Below are positions 46,378-56,846 of a DNA stretch of 64,000 bases, piece after piece. The translations under genes were made by a program, and so were the position numbers. Numbering within the stretch: the first letter of the stretch is position 1; the number at the start of each line of letters is the position of its first letter. Source of the DNA: an uncultured virus (IMG/VR IMGVR_UViG_3300046050_000015) (Duplodnaviria; Heunggongvirae; Uroviricota; Caudoviricetes); IMG/VR virus record IMGVR_UViG_3300046050_000015, one strand, 5' to 3'. The notes beneath the pieces were generated by a model that did not search any database, was not told the origin of the DNA, and saw nothing but the letters and a program-made list of their open reading frames with translations.

Positions 46378-46719
46378 TCCTCTCATGGATGACACGATAT
46401 AGGGGGGTTTGTCACAACCCTTTATAAACCTTTATAAACCCCCCTCCTCCATGCCCCAACCTACCATGGCACACCGTACCACGATTCCTTTATAAGTAAC
46501 GTAGTACAATTTTCGAACAACGTACAAAGTTGTACATCGGAGGCCGCAGCCCCGTGACACAAACCAACCCCGAAAACCCCAAAGCTCCCAAACCCAGCCG
46601 CCAGAACCCCCACAGCAAGGTGAAGAAGAGGTCGCCCCCCCCCCGCCCCCCACTCTCCACCTCAAACCTCGCCTCAACGAAACACTCAAGTACATGGGCC
46701 CATCTTGCTTGTCCACGCC

Positions 46720-46959
46720 ATGAACCCCGGAATCGAACTCCGAAACCGCGTCATGGACCACCTCAAGGACGCGTTCGGTCCCAAGGCCGAAGACATGTTC
46801 ACCCTCACGACCTCGGGCACGCACAGCTCGCCCGTTTACGTGCAAGCCAACTCACTCTCCACCATCGCCATCAACACCCTGCAAGAAGAGTTCGAGGTTA
46901 GTGCCGTCGTCGTGAAGAATGGGGAACCGGCGGCCATGATTCACGAACCGAAACACTAA
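46720..46959 (+). CDS. hypothetical protein
   Basis: ATG about 30 nt below promoter-like CACTCAAGTA. Confidence 0.6.
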   Translation: MNPGIELRNRVMDHLKDAFGPKAEDMFTLTTSGTHSSPVYVQANSLSTIAINTLQEEFEVSAVVVKNGEPAAMIHEPKH

Positions 46960-47121
46960 CAAGCCCCCACCTCCGTGGTGAGTACATGCCCACGACCGAG
47001 GGTCGACGCGATGGAGCGGATTGCGAGGAGTGCAACGACACCCAATACGTGTACGATTGGGAATCCGAAGACATGAAGCCGTGCCCGGAGTGCGGGCCGA
47101 GCAAGTAACCCACTCTCCACC

Positions 47122-47331
47122 ATGACGCGAAACGAGAACACGACGCACGACTACGAAAGCAAGGTTGGCAAGTATATGCTTGTCGTTAACAAGTTGCCCA
47201 CCGGCGAATACGCGTGGAAGGTGTACCGACGCTACGCCCACAATCACGCCCTCAAGAACAACGGGCTCGAACCCACCCGGCGGAAGGCCATTCGCAAGGC
47301 GCGCGAGGACGTGGAGAGTCGGAGGGGGTAG
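47122..47331 (+). CDS. hypothetical protein
   Basis: compact ORF. Confidence 0.55.
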   Translation: MTRNENTTHDYESKVGKYMLVVNKLPTGEYAWKVYRRYAHNHALKNNGLEPTRRKAIRKAREDVESRRG

Positions 47332-47395
47332 GCGCCCGCCCCCAGCTCTCCACCTTAACCTATAAGTATCCCCCACTACATGGGTTGCGTGCGCC

Positions 47396-47830
47396 ATGAT
47401 TGACGATATCGCTCGAAAGGTCGAACAAGAAGCTGCCCGTCGCAGAGAACACCCCCGGGAGGTGCTCGAAGACCTACGGGAGGAGGTCGACATGAGTGAA
47501 CTCTCCCAGGCCCGGTACTGGGTCGCCAGCGTGCTCACCGGGAGCTGGGCCTACGCCCAAGCCACGCATCAAGATGATGCCCTGCGAGCCGGTGACGAAG
47601 ACCGAGCCCAACGCCTGAACAACCGTGCCAAGCTCGGGCATCGGGTCGCCGAGAAGCTCCGCGACCACGACCCGCTAACCAGTCACGAGGCCGGGTTCTT
47701 GAAGGAGGCCCTGGAGAACTACATTCTTCACACTGAGGAGGATTGGCGGCTCGCCGGACTCGAAGACGTTGACATGTCTATCCGTGACGTGGTGCGAGGG
47801 CTCGCTGACCCAGAGGGTGGCGACGAGTAA
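47396..47830 (+). CDS. hypothetical protein
   Basis: acidic ORF below AACCTATAAGT promoter, T-rich terminator after. Confidence 0.65.
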   Translation: MIDDIARKVEQEAARRREHPREVLEDLREEVDMSELSQARYWVASVLTGSWAYAQATHQDDALRAGDEDRAQRLNNRAKLGHRVAEKLRDHDPLTSHEAGFLKEALENYILHTEEDWRLAGLEDVDMSIRDVVRGLADPEGGDE

Positions 47831-47871
47831 CCCCACTCTCCACCCAATTTTCCCTTTTCTTTGTTGTTTTC

Positions 47872-47909
47872 GAAAATCAAGGGATTGAAATCAGCCAGTT
47901 CTATGGGGG
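47872..47909 (+). repeat. palindrome plus G-string motif, copy 3
   Basis: GAAAATCAAGGGATTGAAATCAGCCAGTTCTATGGGGG. Confidence 0.65.
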
Positions 47910-48350
47910 CAGACCTGGGTAGTTCGGCCCAGGTTACCAGTCGGTGAAGAACGTAACCGGTTCAACTGGGGGTCCAACTGTTCGAATCAGACGGTTAGAA
48001 GATGGGTCGAACTGAGTTGTTCGATGCCCGATTTGACCGTTCGGGACAGACCCCATGGCCATCCAGCTTGCCACGTCTTGCCATGGTGGCGGCATCGTGG
48101 AGAGTAGGGGGGGCCACATACTTCAACCCTCGCCAATCCAAAGATTGACATACCCCTCTGTTGCCTCTTCTACTTGAATGTTATGGCGCTGCCGCTATAA
48201 GGGGCTTGCTTTACCCCCATTGGCATCGCCGGGCTCATCGCCCCGGGGCTCGCGTGCGTGGACAAGACAAACGTATCCACTTAAGGGTTAGGGTTGGGTG
48301 GAGAGTCGTAACACTTATCTGGGAATGGGGTCATCAGGGGGTAGGTAGCT

Positions 48351-48599
48351 ATGAACGTTGAATTGGAGTTCGAGCGCGCGGGAGTTGGCACCAAGATTGA
48401 GGCTTCTCTCACGCGAGGAGAAGACTACAAAAGCGCCACCTACGACGGCGATGCCCTCCACCTGCACGGGGTCGACGGGGAGGTCTTCGACTCCTTCCCG
48501 GGCGAAGCGACGGCGCACGTCCGAGGGACCGGAGGGGGGTTCTGGTCGAAGAGGTTCCAGGGCGCCAAACTCTTCACCCGCGACCCCCCGAAGGTTTAA
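48351..48599 (+). CDS. hypothetical protein
   Basis: solo ORF with own promoter-like box. Confidence 0.55.
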   Translation: MNVELEFERAGVGTKIEASLTRGEDYKSATYDGDALHLHGVDGEVFDSFPGEATAHVRGTGGGFWSKRFQGAKLFTRDPPKV

Positions 48600-48634
48600 G
48601 TAGAAGCTGACATATCTTCCGGCGGTCGAAACGT

Positions 48635-48916
48635 ATGGCTATGCTCGTCAACGAAACCGTGGCAACGCTTCACGTGGGGTTCGACGGCGCCCCCATGGGG
48701 CAACCCCTGGAAGCCCTCAAGAGCATCCTTGAGCAAGAGACACAAGCCGCGACCGTCGAACCTACCAAGGGCCTTTGGCGTGGAGAGTGGGAGGACGGCG
48801 CGAAGGTCGAAATCGTGCTGAACGGTTCGACCCAGTTCGACACGAAGAAAGACGTGCTGGGCCTCGCCGAACGAATCGAAGACAAGTTGAACCAAGACGT
48901 GGTGATGGTTCGGTAA
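48635..48916 (+). CDS. hypothetical protein (GLWRGEWE..LNQDVV)
   Basis: below AAGGTTTAAGTA promoter; T-rich terminator. Confidence 0.65.
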   Translation: MAMLVNETVATLHVGFDGAPMGQPLEALKSILEQETQAATVEPTKGLWRGEWEDGAKVEIVLNGSTQFDTKKDVLGLAERIEDKLNQDVVMVR

Positions 48917-49185
48917 GGGGTTAGGTCGAACGGTTTACCCCTTCTTCACCCTTTTTCTTTCCGCGTAATGGTTCGAACTTGGGTCGAACGGTTTCGTCAT
49001 AGGGGGTTGGCTTTGCCATCTTGGCATCCCACGGGCTTACCCCTCCAACAACCCCCACCACCTTAAGGGTTTCGACTGGTAACGCACGCAAACATTGAAG
49101 TACAAACCCCGTGCCGTGGGTGGAGAGTAAAGGGGAAACCATTAAGTGAACCTGCGAGTATCGGTTACACGCACGAGGCATCGCA

Positions 49186-49407
49186 ATGGGATACCACGAC
49201 GTGAAGACCGCCGGCAATCGACGGGTAAGCTGCGACGAGTGCGGCCGCGAGTTCCTCGTGAACCCCCCACTCGACGGTGTAACCGCCTGCCCCCGGTGCG
49301 GGCACAAGAACGCCATCAAGCAGAAGAAGCGAGACATCGGCGAACTGAAAAGCAAGTACGACGGCGGTATGGGGAGTCGGGGCAAGGTCAGCCCCGGGCA
49401 CCTATAG
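49186..49407 (+). CDS. Zn-ribbon protein
   Basis: CDECG..CPRCG; promoter AAACCATTAAGT. Confidence 0.65.
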   Translation: MGYHDVKTAGNRRVSCDECGREFLVNPPLDGVTACPRCGHKNAIKQKKRDIGELKSKYDGGMGSRGKVSPGHL

Positions 49408-49593
49408 GCCAGGGACGCCCTGGGGTACACGCCCGAGGCACGGGACCCATGCCCCAAGGTTACCCCTTTATTCTTCACAAGGTGGAGAAGGTGTCAGTGG
49501 TGCATGAGAGTAGGACTACTTAACTCTTCCCCCAATCTCCACCCACCGCAACCCTTAAGTGAATGCTTGTCTCTTGCCTGGTTGAGGCGAACG

Positions 49594-49767
49594 ATGGACT
49601 GCAACGAGTGCGGACGGCGAATTAGCGACGACAAACAACCCCCTGCCTTCGTGCGGTGCGTCGACTGTAAGCGAGCCCGCATGCCCATGGACCCGAACCG
49701 GCCCGGAAGCTTCCGGGAGTGCCCGAACGGGCATACGAGTCCCCTGCGGGACATGGGCCTCATCTGA
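49594..49767 (+). CDS. small Zn-finger protein
   Basis: CNECG..CVDC..CPNGH; promoter AACCCTTAAGT. Confidence 0.6.
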   Translation: MDCNECGRRISDDKQPPAFVRCVDCKRARMPMDPNRPGSFRECPNGHTSPLRDMGLI

Positions 49768-50491
49768 GTGGAGAGCCTGGGGGTCAGGCCCCCACGGTCC
49801 TCTTCTCTTCACGCGCCTGAAGCACGGGCCTAAGTGCCTTAGGTCAGCTTTCTATAGGGTCGGGGTTAGGGTTCGTGGTTACAGTAGTCAATAGGATATG
49901 AGAATAGAGGCACTTGAACCTTTGGACAGCCCCCAAATCGGAACATTCAAGTTTATGTGGGTTTCTTTCAGGGTTGAGGTGTATGACGTGAATCATCGAG
50001 ACATCGCGCGACGAGAAGGACGGAAGGCGTTTAGGGCAGCCATGGACGACGCTCGTGGGGCGCTCGTGGAAGATGTAGCCGACGACATTATGGCGATTTT
50101 CGAGGCTCACGGTGGAGAGCGGCGCACGCCCCACCATCTTCACAGGACGCTTGAACGGGACGTGAGTGCCAAGGTGGGTCCGTGAGGCCATTGCACTACT
50201 GACCAGCAACGGCCGCCTTGAGTGGTTCGGGCAGCAGTTCTTGGCGCCGGTTGAGTGAGGCTCATTTCTCTTTTTCCTTTCTTTTTCTCCACATTATTCG
50301 ACCAGAGCCCAAACAATGTGGAGAGTGGGGGAGTGGACTTGTCGCCCCAATCTTCACGTATGTGCGGGCCACCTCAGGCCTTTATAAGGGGCTTGTCGTC
50401 GGGTTGTGCATTTGTGCCAACGGAGGCCCGGTCGGCGCACATCGCTAACCCGGGAACTTGGGGGATTTAGGTGGGTCTAACGGGGTGTCGA

Positions 50492-50689
50492 CAGTATGCC
50501 AAGTTTTGCAGGGGGGTACAATGTGAGCAGAAGCGGTCCCAAACCTTTATGTAGGGGTAGCTACATATAGCTTACTGTAGCGGTGGCTATCTTATTTCTC
50601 TCGATACAAAAAATCTTAAGAAATGGGGGCAAACCGGGGAAAATTGGCTGAGATGTTACCCCCCTGCAAACGCTGTCATTTTGTCACAG
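50492..50689. repeat. origin-like inverted-repeat element, copy C
   Basis: CAGTATGCCAAGTTTTGCAGGGGGGTAC and TACCCCCCTGCAAACGCTGTCATT identical to copy A arms; core similar to copy B. Confidence 0.75.
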
Positions 50690-50771
50690 AAGGGTCTAAC
50701 CCAAGGAAATGTAAGCAAGAGGCTATTTACTGTGTGCGGGGGGTGAAGATTCGTTGGCACAGGCTTGCACA

Positions 50772-50819
50772 ACATGTCGAAAGGGTCAAGTGGATGGGGG
50801 TCACTGTGGAGGTTGAGGC
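50772..50819 (+). promoter_or_regulatory. 48-bp duplicated promoter module, copy 1
   Basis: ACATGTCGAAAGGGTCAAGTGGATGGGGGTCACTGTGGAGGTTGAGGC; 2 mismatches to 51594-51641. Confidence 0.7.
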
Positions 50820-50825
50820 CCGACA

Positions 50826-51146
50826 ATGCAAGCAAACCTGTACCGACGCGCGCGCCAAGTCCTATTCAATCACTACGGCATGCAAACCTTCGAAGACCTA
50901 ACCGTCGTGGACCCCACCGAAGACCCCCAGTTCGAAGACTGGACCAACCCTGAGGCCTTCATCGGGGTAGATGGTGGTGAGTTCATTACCTCAATCACCA
51001 TCGACGCATTCAAGGCGGAGGGGTGGACGTTCGAACGTGTCGAAGCCGTAGAAGGCGATACAGTGGCCCTCTTCACCCCACCCGAGGGGGTCATAGAACA
51101 CGGGGACCTTAAAGCACCCGAGGAGCCCCGGGGTGTTGACCCATGA
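50826..51146 (+). CDS. hypothetical protein
   Basis: acidic ORF directly after promoter module. Confidence 0.6.
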   Translation: MQANLYRRARQVLFNHYGMQTFEDLTVVDPTEDPQFEDWTNPEAFIGVDGGEFITSITIDAFKAEGWTFERVEAVEGDTVALFTPPEGVIEHGDLKAPEEPRGVDP

Positions 51147-51593
51147 AGTCCGAGGAGTTCGCAATCTACCTCGAAACCGAGACCGCGCGCGTGTTCGGGA
51201 GCGAGCTTCTTGCGCCCAAGTCCCGGGCCTGGGAGAAGGCCAAGCTCAGGGCGCCCCGGGTTCGGGCTTAATCTTCTCATCCTTTTTTTTTCTCCACCCT
51301 GGGCCAAGAGTTAAGTGGGTAATTGTTTGGTACTTCAATCTTTCGAAAGATTGATAAGGGTGGAGAGCGGGTGGCCCCAGACCCCCCAATCTTCACACTG
51401 TTTGATGAGAGTTCGAACGATTTCGCTATAGGAATCTGACCTTCACGTCGGGGCTTGCGCCCCCGTGGTGCCACGGGCTTACTCCCACAAGAGACAAGGG
51501 CCACATAAGGATTGGGGGTGATACTTCCCTACTTGAATGTTTCGTAAGAGTTAAGTGGAGAATTGGGGGTCGTCGGTGCCCGCCCCACTCTCC

Positions 51594-51641
51594 ACATGTC
51601 GAAAGGGTTAAGTAGATGGGGGTCACTGTGGAGGTTGAGGC
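51594..51641 (+). promoter_or_regulatory. 48-bp duplicated promoter module, copy 2
   Basis: contains AAAGGGTTAAGTA box. Confidence 0.7.
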
Positions 51642-51648
51642 GTGCGAC

Positions 51649-52206
51649 GTGACGATTAGCAAACAATGGATGAGTGAAGCCTTCCGAGAGAAGTGGAGAG
51701 AAGCCGCCAACGAATGGGACGAAGTGCCCCAAGAACCACCCAAGTTCGAGGTGACGAGCGCCGTGCAGACCGCCGGAAGTTGCCGGTACGGGATTCGGGA
51801 ACACTCCGTGAGCTTCGACGAAATTCACGTTCGCAAGATTACCGTAAGCCAGCACATCCGCAACAAGGCCGAAGCCATGGACACGATTGCGCACGAAATC
51901 GCGCACGCCGTCAAACACCTCCGGCATGGGGGCAACGGGCACGGGATGTTGTGGAAAACCTACGCCCGGAAGCTCGGCGCCGACCCCACAAGAACGCACG
52001 ACGGGCCCGGCGAAAAGATATGTCCCGAGGCCTACAGCGACAAGATGAAATACACCATCGTTTGTGAGAACTGCGGCCCCATCAACGGGAAGACGCGTAA
52101 GTGTAAGACCGTCAAGCAGCCCGAGTTATACGAATGCAAGGACTGTAATGGTCGGCTCACAAGTCGGGAGTCGCGCCCGGAGGACGTGAAGAAGATTAAC
52201 CATTAG
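51649..52206 (+). CDS. SprT-like zinc metalloprotease with Zn ribbon
   Basis: TAGSC, TIAHEIAH..GHGMLWK, CENCG..CKDCNG; start uncertain. Confidence 0.85.
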   Translation: MTISKQWMSEAFREKWREAANEWDEVPQEPPKFEVTSAVQTAGSCRYGIREHSVSFDEIHVRKITVSQHIRNKAEAMDTIAHEIAHAVKHLRHGGNGHGMLWKTYARKLGADPTRTHDGPGEKICPEAYSDKMKYTIVCENCGPINGKTRKCKTVKQPELYECKDCNGRLTSRESRPEDVKKINH

Positions 52207-52580
52207 CTTTAAAGGGGGTGGGGTTCACATCGCACGCCTCCCCCGCCCCCGAATTTCCACTTCAGCGTTTTGGTATGGGGGTTCTCCTTAAGGTTTGGGG
52301 AAATTGGAGTACATCGCTCCTCTGCCCCCAATTCTTCACTTCAATGTTTTGATGGTATCGGTATAGGGGGTTGGCCTTCCCATCTTGGGGTGCCTTGGGC
52401 TTGCATAGACAAGGACCCATGAACGGATAAGGGTTGTGGTCAAGATGGAGATACGTAAAGCTTGGGAAAGAGTTAAGTGAGTAATGGGAAACTACTTAAC
52501 GTTTGGGAAAGAGTTAAGTGGAGAATAGATAGTCGAAAGCCTTATGTAGGATTAACTCAATCGTAGGGTAGGTCGACACG

Positions 52581-52826
52581 ATGCGTAACGAACACCAAAA
52601 CCGACTGCGGCACGAAGCCATCACCACGGTTGAAGACATTTACCGACTCCTCACCGAGGGCAAACCCAACGTCGCCCTCAAGATGGCCGTGGAGAAACAA
52701 ACGAACCTTGAAATGCGAGGCGCGACCGTGGAGATTCTGGACATCCTCGCCGACGCCGAATTCATTCTCCGAGACCACGACGAACCCGAGGACGACATGA
52801 AGAACTACCTGGAGAGCTACGACTAA
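52581..52826 (+). CDS. hypothetical protein
   Basis: solo acidic ORF. Confidence 0.6.
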   Translation: MRNEHQNRLRHEAITTVEDIYRLLTEGKPNVALKMAVEKQTNLEMRGATVEILDILADAEFILRDHDEPEDDMKNYLESYD

Positions 52827-52921
52827 CGTTTCTTGGGTCGGGGTTAGGGTTCACCCCTAACTCTCCACCCACACCCAAAGCTTAAGTGAATTCCTGAGTA
52901 TGGGATGGTAGGTCGGTACCA

Positions 52922-53137
52922 ATGTACAACGAAGCCCTCATCTCCGTGAACGAGAACATCCACAAGACGCGCGCCAAGATGCAAAACGCTCGCGAAGAAG
53001 GCAACAAGGCCCGCGCCACGAATCTGAGTCGCGCCCTCACGAGCCTCAAACAAGCCAAGGAAGCCCTGGAACGGGCTCGGGCCTTCGAGGCTGAGGACCA
53101 GCAACTACTTGACGCCGCGCGCAACGGTCACAGTTAA
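52922..53137 (+). CDS. small coiled-coil protein
   Basis: below AAAGCTTAAGT promoter. Confidence 0.6.
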   Translation: MYNEALISVNENIHKTRAKMQNAREEGNKARATNLSRALTSLKQAKEALERARAFEAEDQQLLDAARNGHS

Positions 53138-53429
53138 GTCAGTCATTCGACCTTGCCCCAGGTTAGGAGCCCGGGGCGAAACAGCGGGGGGAGGCCCCCG
53201 CTCACCTATCCTTTTCTTCACGTATCGGAAGATTTAAGGGGTTGTGGTCTCATGTGGTACTGACGGCTTTTCTTTTGGTGATATCGTAAGGGCGTGGTTT
53301 GCCCCAAGATTGACGTATGCTTGGGTGGTGGGGGCCCTCTTAAGGTTTGCGAAAGATTCAAGTGGGTAACATCTGTGTACGGGCACGACTCTATACGGGG
53401 TGCGGACACTGGTGGAGATAGGTGACAAG

Positions 53430-55151
53430 ATGCCCAACATCATCGACCTAAGCCCAGGGAAAGACGTCTACCAATCCGCCGCCGCCGACGTACACACCAT
53501 CGACGCCGTGAAGGAATTGGTCGATAACGCCTTAGACAACTGGACGCGCATGAGTCAACGCGCCGACAACCTCACCATTGAAATCGAAGCAAACAACGGG
53601 CGCACGCGCGTACAAGACAACAGTGGAGGACTCGACCCCGACCGCATCCACACACTCTTCGCGCTCGGTCGCACGTTTCAGGACGAAATCCCCACCAGTA
53701 TCGGCGCCTACGGAATCGGGGCGAAAAAAGCCATTATGCGGCTCGCCAACATCAACGGCGAAGGCCAAGCCACCGTGAAGAGTCACGCGCGGGGTGAAGG
53801 GGAGGGAGTTGGGTTCAGTATCGACGCCCACTGGATGGCGAGCGATGCTTGGACCGTAGAACAAGAAACCTTCGACATGGACGAAGGGAGCACCGTGGTT
53901 GACGTGGGGAGTGGGGGAGAGGTTTGGACTGACGAGCGGGTTGAGGACCTGAAACAAGCACTCTCCACCACGTATCAGAGGTTTTTGGGGGGTGAAGCGA
54001 CTCAAGGTGGGGGGCTGTCGATTGTCGTCAATGGTGAAGAATTGGGGGTGCCTGATGCTACGCCGTACAGCTTTACACCCTTTGATGGGATGCATCCCCG
54101 CCGGTACGAGGGTATCGAATTGCAGCCTGAAGGTGTTGAGCAACCCATCGAGATGGACGTTACTGTGGGCCTCATGGCGAAAGCTGACGCGCAACACGCC
54201 GGTGTAGATTGGTATTGCCAGGACCGGCTCGTGATTGAGGGAGATAGGTCCGAGGCGAGCGGGTTCGGTGAGGTACGGAAGGGGGGTATGGGTAGTTGGA
54301 CCGCCCACCACAACCGGTTGCATGTTGTTGTGGAATTGCGCACCGAAGGGAATACTGCCCTATTGCCCTGGGGGACGACGAAGAACAGTATCGACCCCTA
54401 TGACCGGGTGACGCGGGCGGTACAGGGTTGGTTGAAGCGCATCGTGAAGCCGTATTATCGACTCAACACGAATCGGGTTCCGAGGGCTTTCGTTGAGCCG
54501 TACACGAGCGAGCACCCCGATGCCGCCAATCAGGGGGTTGTTGACGTGTTGGATTACGCGGGGTACGAGAGGGTGGTTCACAAGCCCGACACGGACACGC
54601 CTCGGGTGAAGACTGTGGAGGAGCAAGCACGTCTCCACGCTGAGGAAGGTGTCCGGTATTATGGGGACCTGGACGCCGCAGAAGAGGAGGCCTATGAGCA
54701 ACAGCTTCGGATGTTTCATGGGGAAGACGTGGACGAGATGCCGATTGTCGACCGGTTCGAAACCGACGACACCGCGGTCATCGACCAAGTGGGCATTGGG
54801 GAGATTACCGAGCGAGTGCCCGGGTTCGGGGAAAAGAAGGCCGAAAGGCTCATGGGAGCCGGGTACGAGACCTTGGGGGATGTGCACAATGTGACGGCTG
54901 AAGCGCTGACCGAAGCGCAAGGTATTGGGATGGGGCTCGCCACCCGCATCCACGACGCCGTTGAAGTCGTCTATAAGGAGCAGGAACCGGCGCAGGTGGC
55001 TGAACAGGAGACGGTTTCGGTTACGTTGGAATTCGAGCGAGGGGACTATGAGGAGTTGTGCGACACCATCGGGGTGGAGAGTGGGGACCCCGAGCGAGTG
55101 TCCGGGAAGTTGGTGGAGGTCTTGACGCGGGCCTACGGGGCGCTTGCCTGA
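53430..55151 (+). CDS. GHKL (MORC/MutL-like) ATPase with C-terminal helix-hairpin-helix
   Basis: AVKELVDNALD, DNSGGL, IGAYGIGAKKA; HhH VPGFGEKKAERL and AQGIGMGLATRI. Confidence 0.85.
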   Translation: MPNIIDLSPGKDVYQSAAADVHTIDAVKELVDNALDNWTRMSQRADNLTIEIEANNGRTRVQDNSGGLDPDRIHTLFALGRTFQDEIPTSIGAYGIGAKKAIMRLANINGEGQATVKSHARGEGEGVGFSIDAHWMASDAWTVEQETFDMDEGSTVVDVGSGGEVWTDERVEDLKQALSTTYQRFLGGEATQGGGLSIVVNGEELGVPDATPYSFTPFDGMHPRRYEGIELQPEGVEQPIEMDVTVGLMAKADAQHAGVDWYCQDRLVIEGDRSEASGFGEVRKGGMGSWTAHHNRLHVVVELRTEGNTALLPWGTTKNSIDPYDRVTRAVQGWLKRIVKPYYRLNTNRVPRAFVEPYTSEHPDAANQGVVDVLDYAGYERVVHKPDTDTPRVKTVEEQARLHAEEGVRYYGDLDAAEEEAYEQQLRMFHGEDVDEMPIVDRFETDDTAVIDQVGIGEITERVPGFGEKKAERLMGAGYETLGDVHNVTAEALTEAQGIGMGLATRIHDAVEVVYKEQEPAQVAEQETVSVTLEFERGDYEELCDTIGVESGDPERVSGKLVEVLTRAYGALA

Positions 55152-55223
55152 ACAGGCCCCTTCTCTCCACTTTTTTTTTGGGCACCCAGAACATTCATAT
55201 GTTTGGGACGGGTTCATGATTTT

Positions 55224-55550
55224 ATGTTAGCTCAGGAAGGGTGGTTGTTCGCAAAACAATGGAGGGGGGTCTTGAAAAAATCCCTCGGTGGGGGGTCCAT
55301 TGGGGCTAAAACGGTGGAGAGGGCGAAGCGATGGGACCTGGGTCCTACGGGAGAACTCAGAGGCGTCCAGGGGGGTGAAGACGTGCTGCCGCCTCGGGAC
55401 CACACTCTGAAAGTGCTCGGTGTGCGGTTCTATCAGGCCGTCGAATCAGCACATAAGACCGAGGGGGTCGAGAAGGATGGCCATGTTCAGCGGGCCCTGG
55501 TTACGCTTGAGAACATTGAACAGCGGTGGCAAGAACTGAACGCTGATTAA
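55224..55550 (+). CDS. hypothetical protein
   Basis: ORF after T-rich terminator. Confidence 0.45.
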   Translation: MLAQEGWLFAKQWRGVLKKSLGGGSIGAKTVERAKRWDLGPTGELRGVQGGEDVLPPRDHTLKVLGVRFYQAVESAHKTEGVEKDGHVQRALVTLENIEQRWQELNAD

Positions 55551-55678
55551 GCCGGGTCTTGGCGTGGAGGGGTGGGGGTTGCGTGCACGCCAGGTCCGGG
55601 GTTGGGCTTGATTGGCCGGGGTTAAATCGGCGCGACCCCCAATTCTTCACTTCAAGTTTTGGGGGTTGGCTTGGGGGT

Positions 55679-55716
55679 GGAATTCAAGGGATTGAAAAAT
55701 TGCAGTTCTATGGGGG
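55679..55716 (+). repeat. palindrome plus G-string motif, copy 4 (diverged)
   Basis: AATTCAAGGGATTGAAAAATTGCAGTTCTATGGGGG. Confidence 0.55.
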
Positions 55717-56225
55717 TGGGCCCAGATTTCGGTTCGGTCAGTGGTCAAACGGTTTGGTCCGGGAAGTGTAATTGGGTTGCTCGTGGGTTGCGCTGGGGTT
55801 GGTTCCTGCGAATAGTTTCGTGGGCTTCCAGCGTGCCGGTTTGCATCCGTTGTGGGTTGTATCTTGGTCACGTCGGAAAAAGTTTGCGTGGCACGTTGTG
55901 ACATGGGGTACACGTAATTTAGTAGCAGGGGTAGCGGAAACAGTGATGGGGGGAGTTTTGGTGGTTTCAGGGGGCTGAAGCAGGTTTCGAGAAACAGTTT
56001 GTTTTCGGGAAGGGACAAGTACCGGAATCGGCCCAGAATGACGAGAAGAGCTGATTCGGCGATATTTTCGGGTTATAGAATTGGCTGTGGGTGGTAATTC
56101 TTGGAGAGTTGGAGCTTCTAAAATTAGATGGTCTGAAGCGTTGGAATATGGAACTTCCAGTAGCCGAAACCCTTAAGTCAAAGCCTGAGTGTGGTGGGTA
56201 CAGGTCGAACACGATAACCAAGGCG

Positions 56226-56417
56226 ATGCCTCGAGAAATCGAACACAACGACGTGACGACAGGCGAGACCGGGACCGAGGGCGGTGCTACCGTCACTATC
56301 ATCCCCCACTCCCCCACGGTGACACGCCCCATCGGTCAGGAGGGCCGGCATCGAGCCCTGGCCGCCTGGGCCCTCGGCCTGGACACCATCCAGATGGCCC
56401 ACGTCGTTGGACTCTGA
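56226..56417 (+). CDS. ParB/Srx-like fragment
   Basis: EGRHRALAAWALGLDTI matches the GxHRxxA motif. Confidence 0.5.
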   Translation: MPREIEHNDVTTGETGTEGGATVTIIPHSPTVTRPIGQEGRHRALAAWALGLDTIQMAHVVGL

Positions 56418-56636
56418 GGGTGCTCGGGGTCCCCATCTATCCCAACCCCTACCGGGCAACCCCCGGCAGGGGGGATAGGTGAATCCCATGTCATTTCGAG
56501 AAAGATGCGACAAGTCCGAACCCGCACGAAACCGAGAAAACGGCCTCGACGAGCTGCGTGACATCATCCGCTCGTGGGCATCCGAGGCAGCCGAGGTCCA
56601 GCTCCGACGGGCTCTCGATGTTCCGGAGGGTCGATA

Positions 56637-56846
56637 ATGGCACAATACATCCCCATGCACTCCGCCGAAGAGAGCCCCCGGGGTCCCGAGCCCGAATGCT
56701 GCGACGCCAAAGGATGCCAGGAAGAACCTCTCTGGTACACCAGCCGGAAAGCCTGGTTGTGCCAGGAGCATAGCAGTCCATATTCCGAACCCGTGCTGGT
56801 GCCGGTGGACGAGGACACTCACCAGGTGGTCCAGCACCGCGCCTGA
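56637..56846 (+). CDS. small Cys-rich protein
   Basis: CDAKGC..LCQEH. Confidence 0.5.
   Translation: MAQYIPMHSAEESPRGPEPECCDAKGCQEEPLWYTSRKAWLCQEHSSPYSEPVLVPVDEDTHQVVQHRA

Noticed and set aside
56226..56417. complete ParABS partition system
   Set aside because: only a 63-aa ParB-like fragment; no ParA or HTH domain seen
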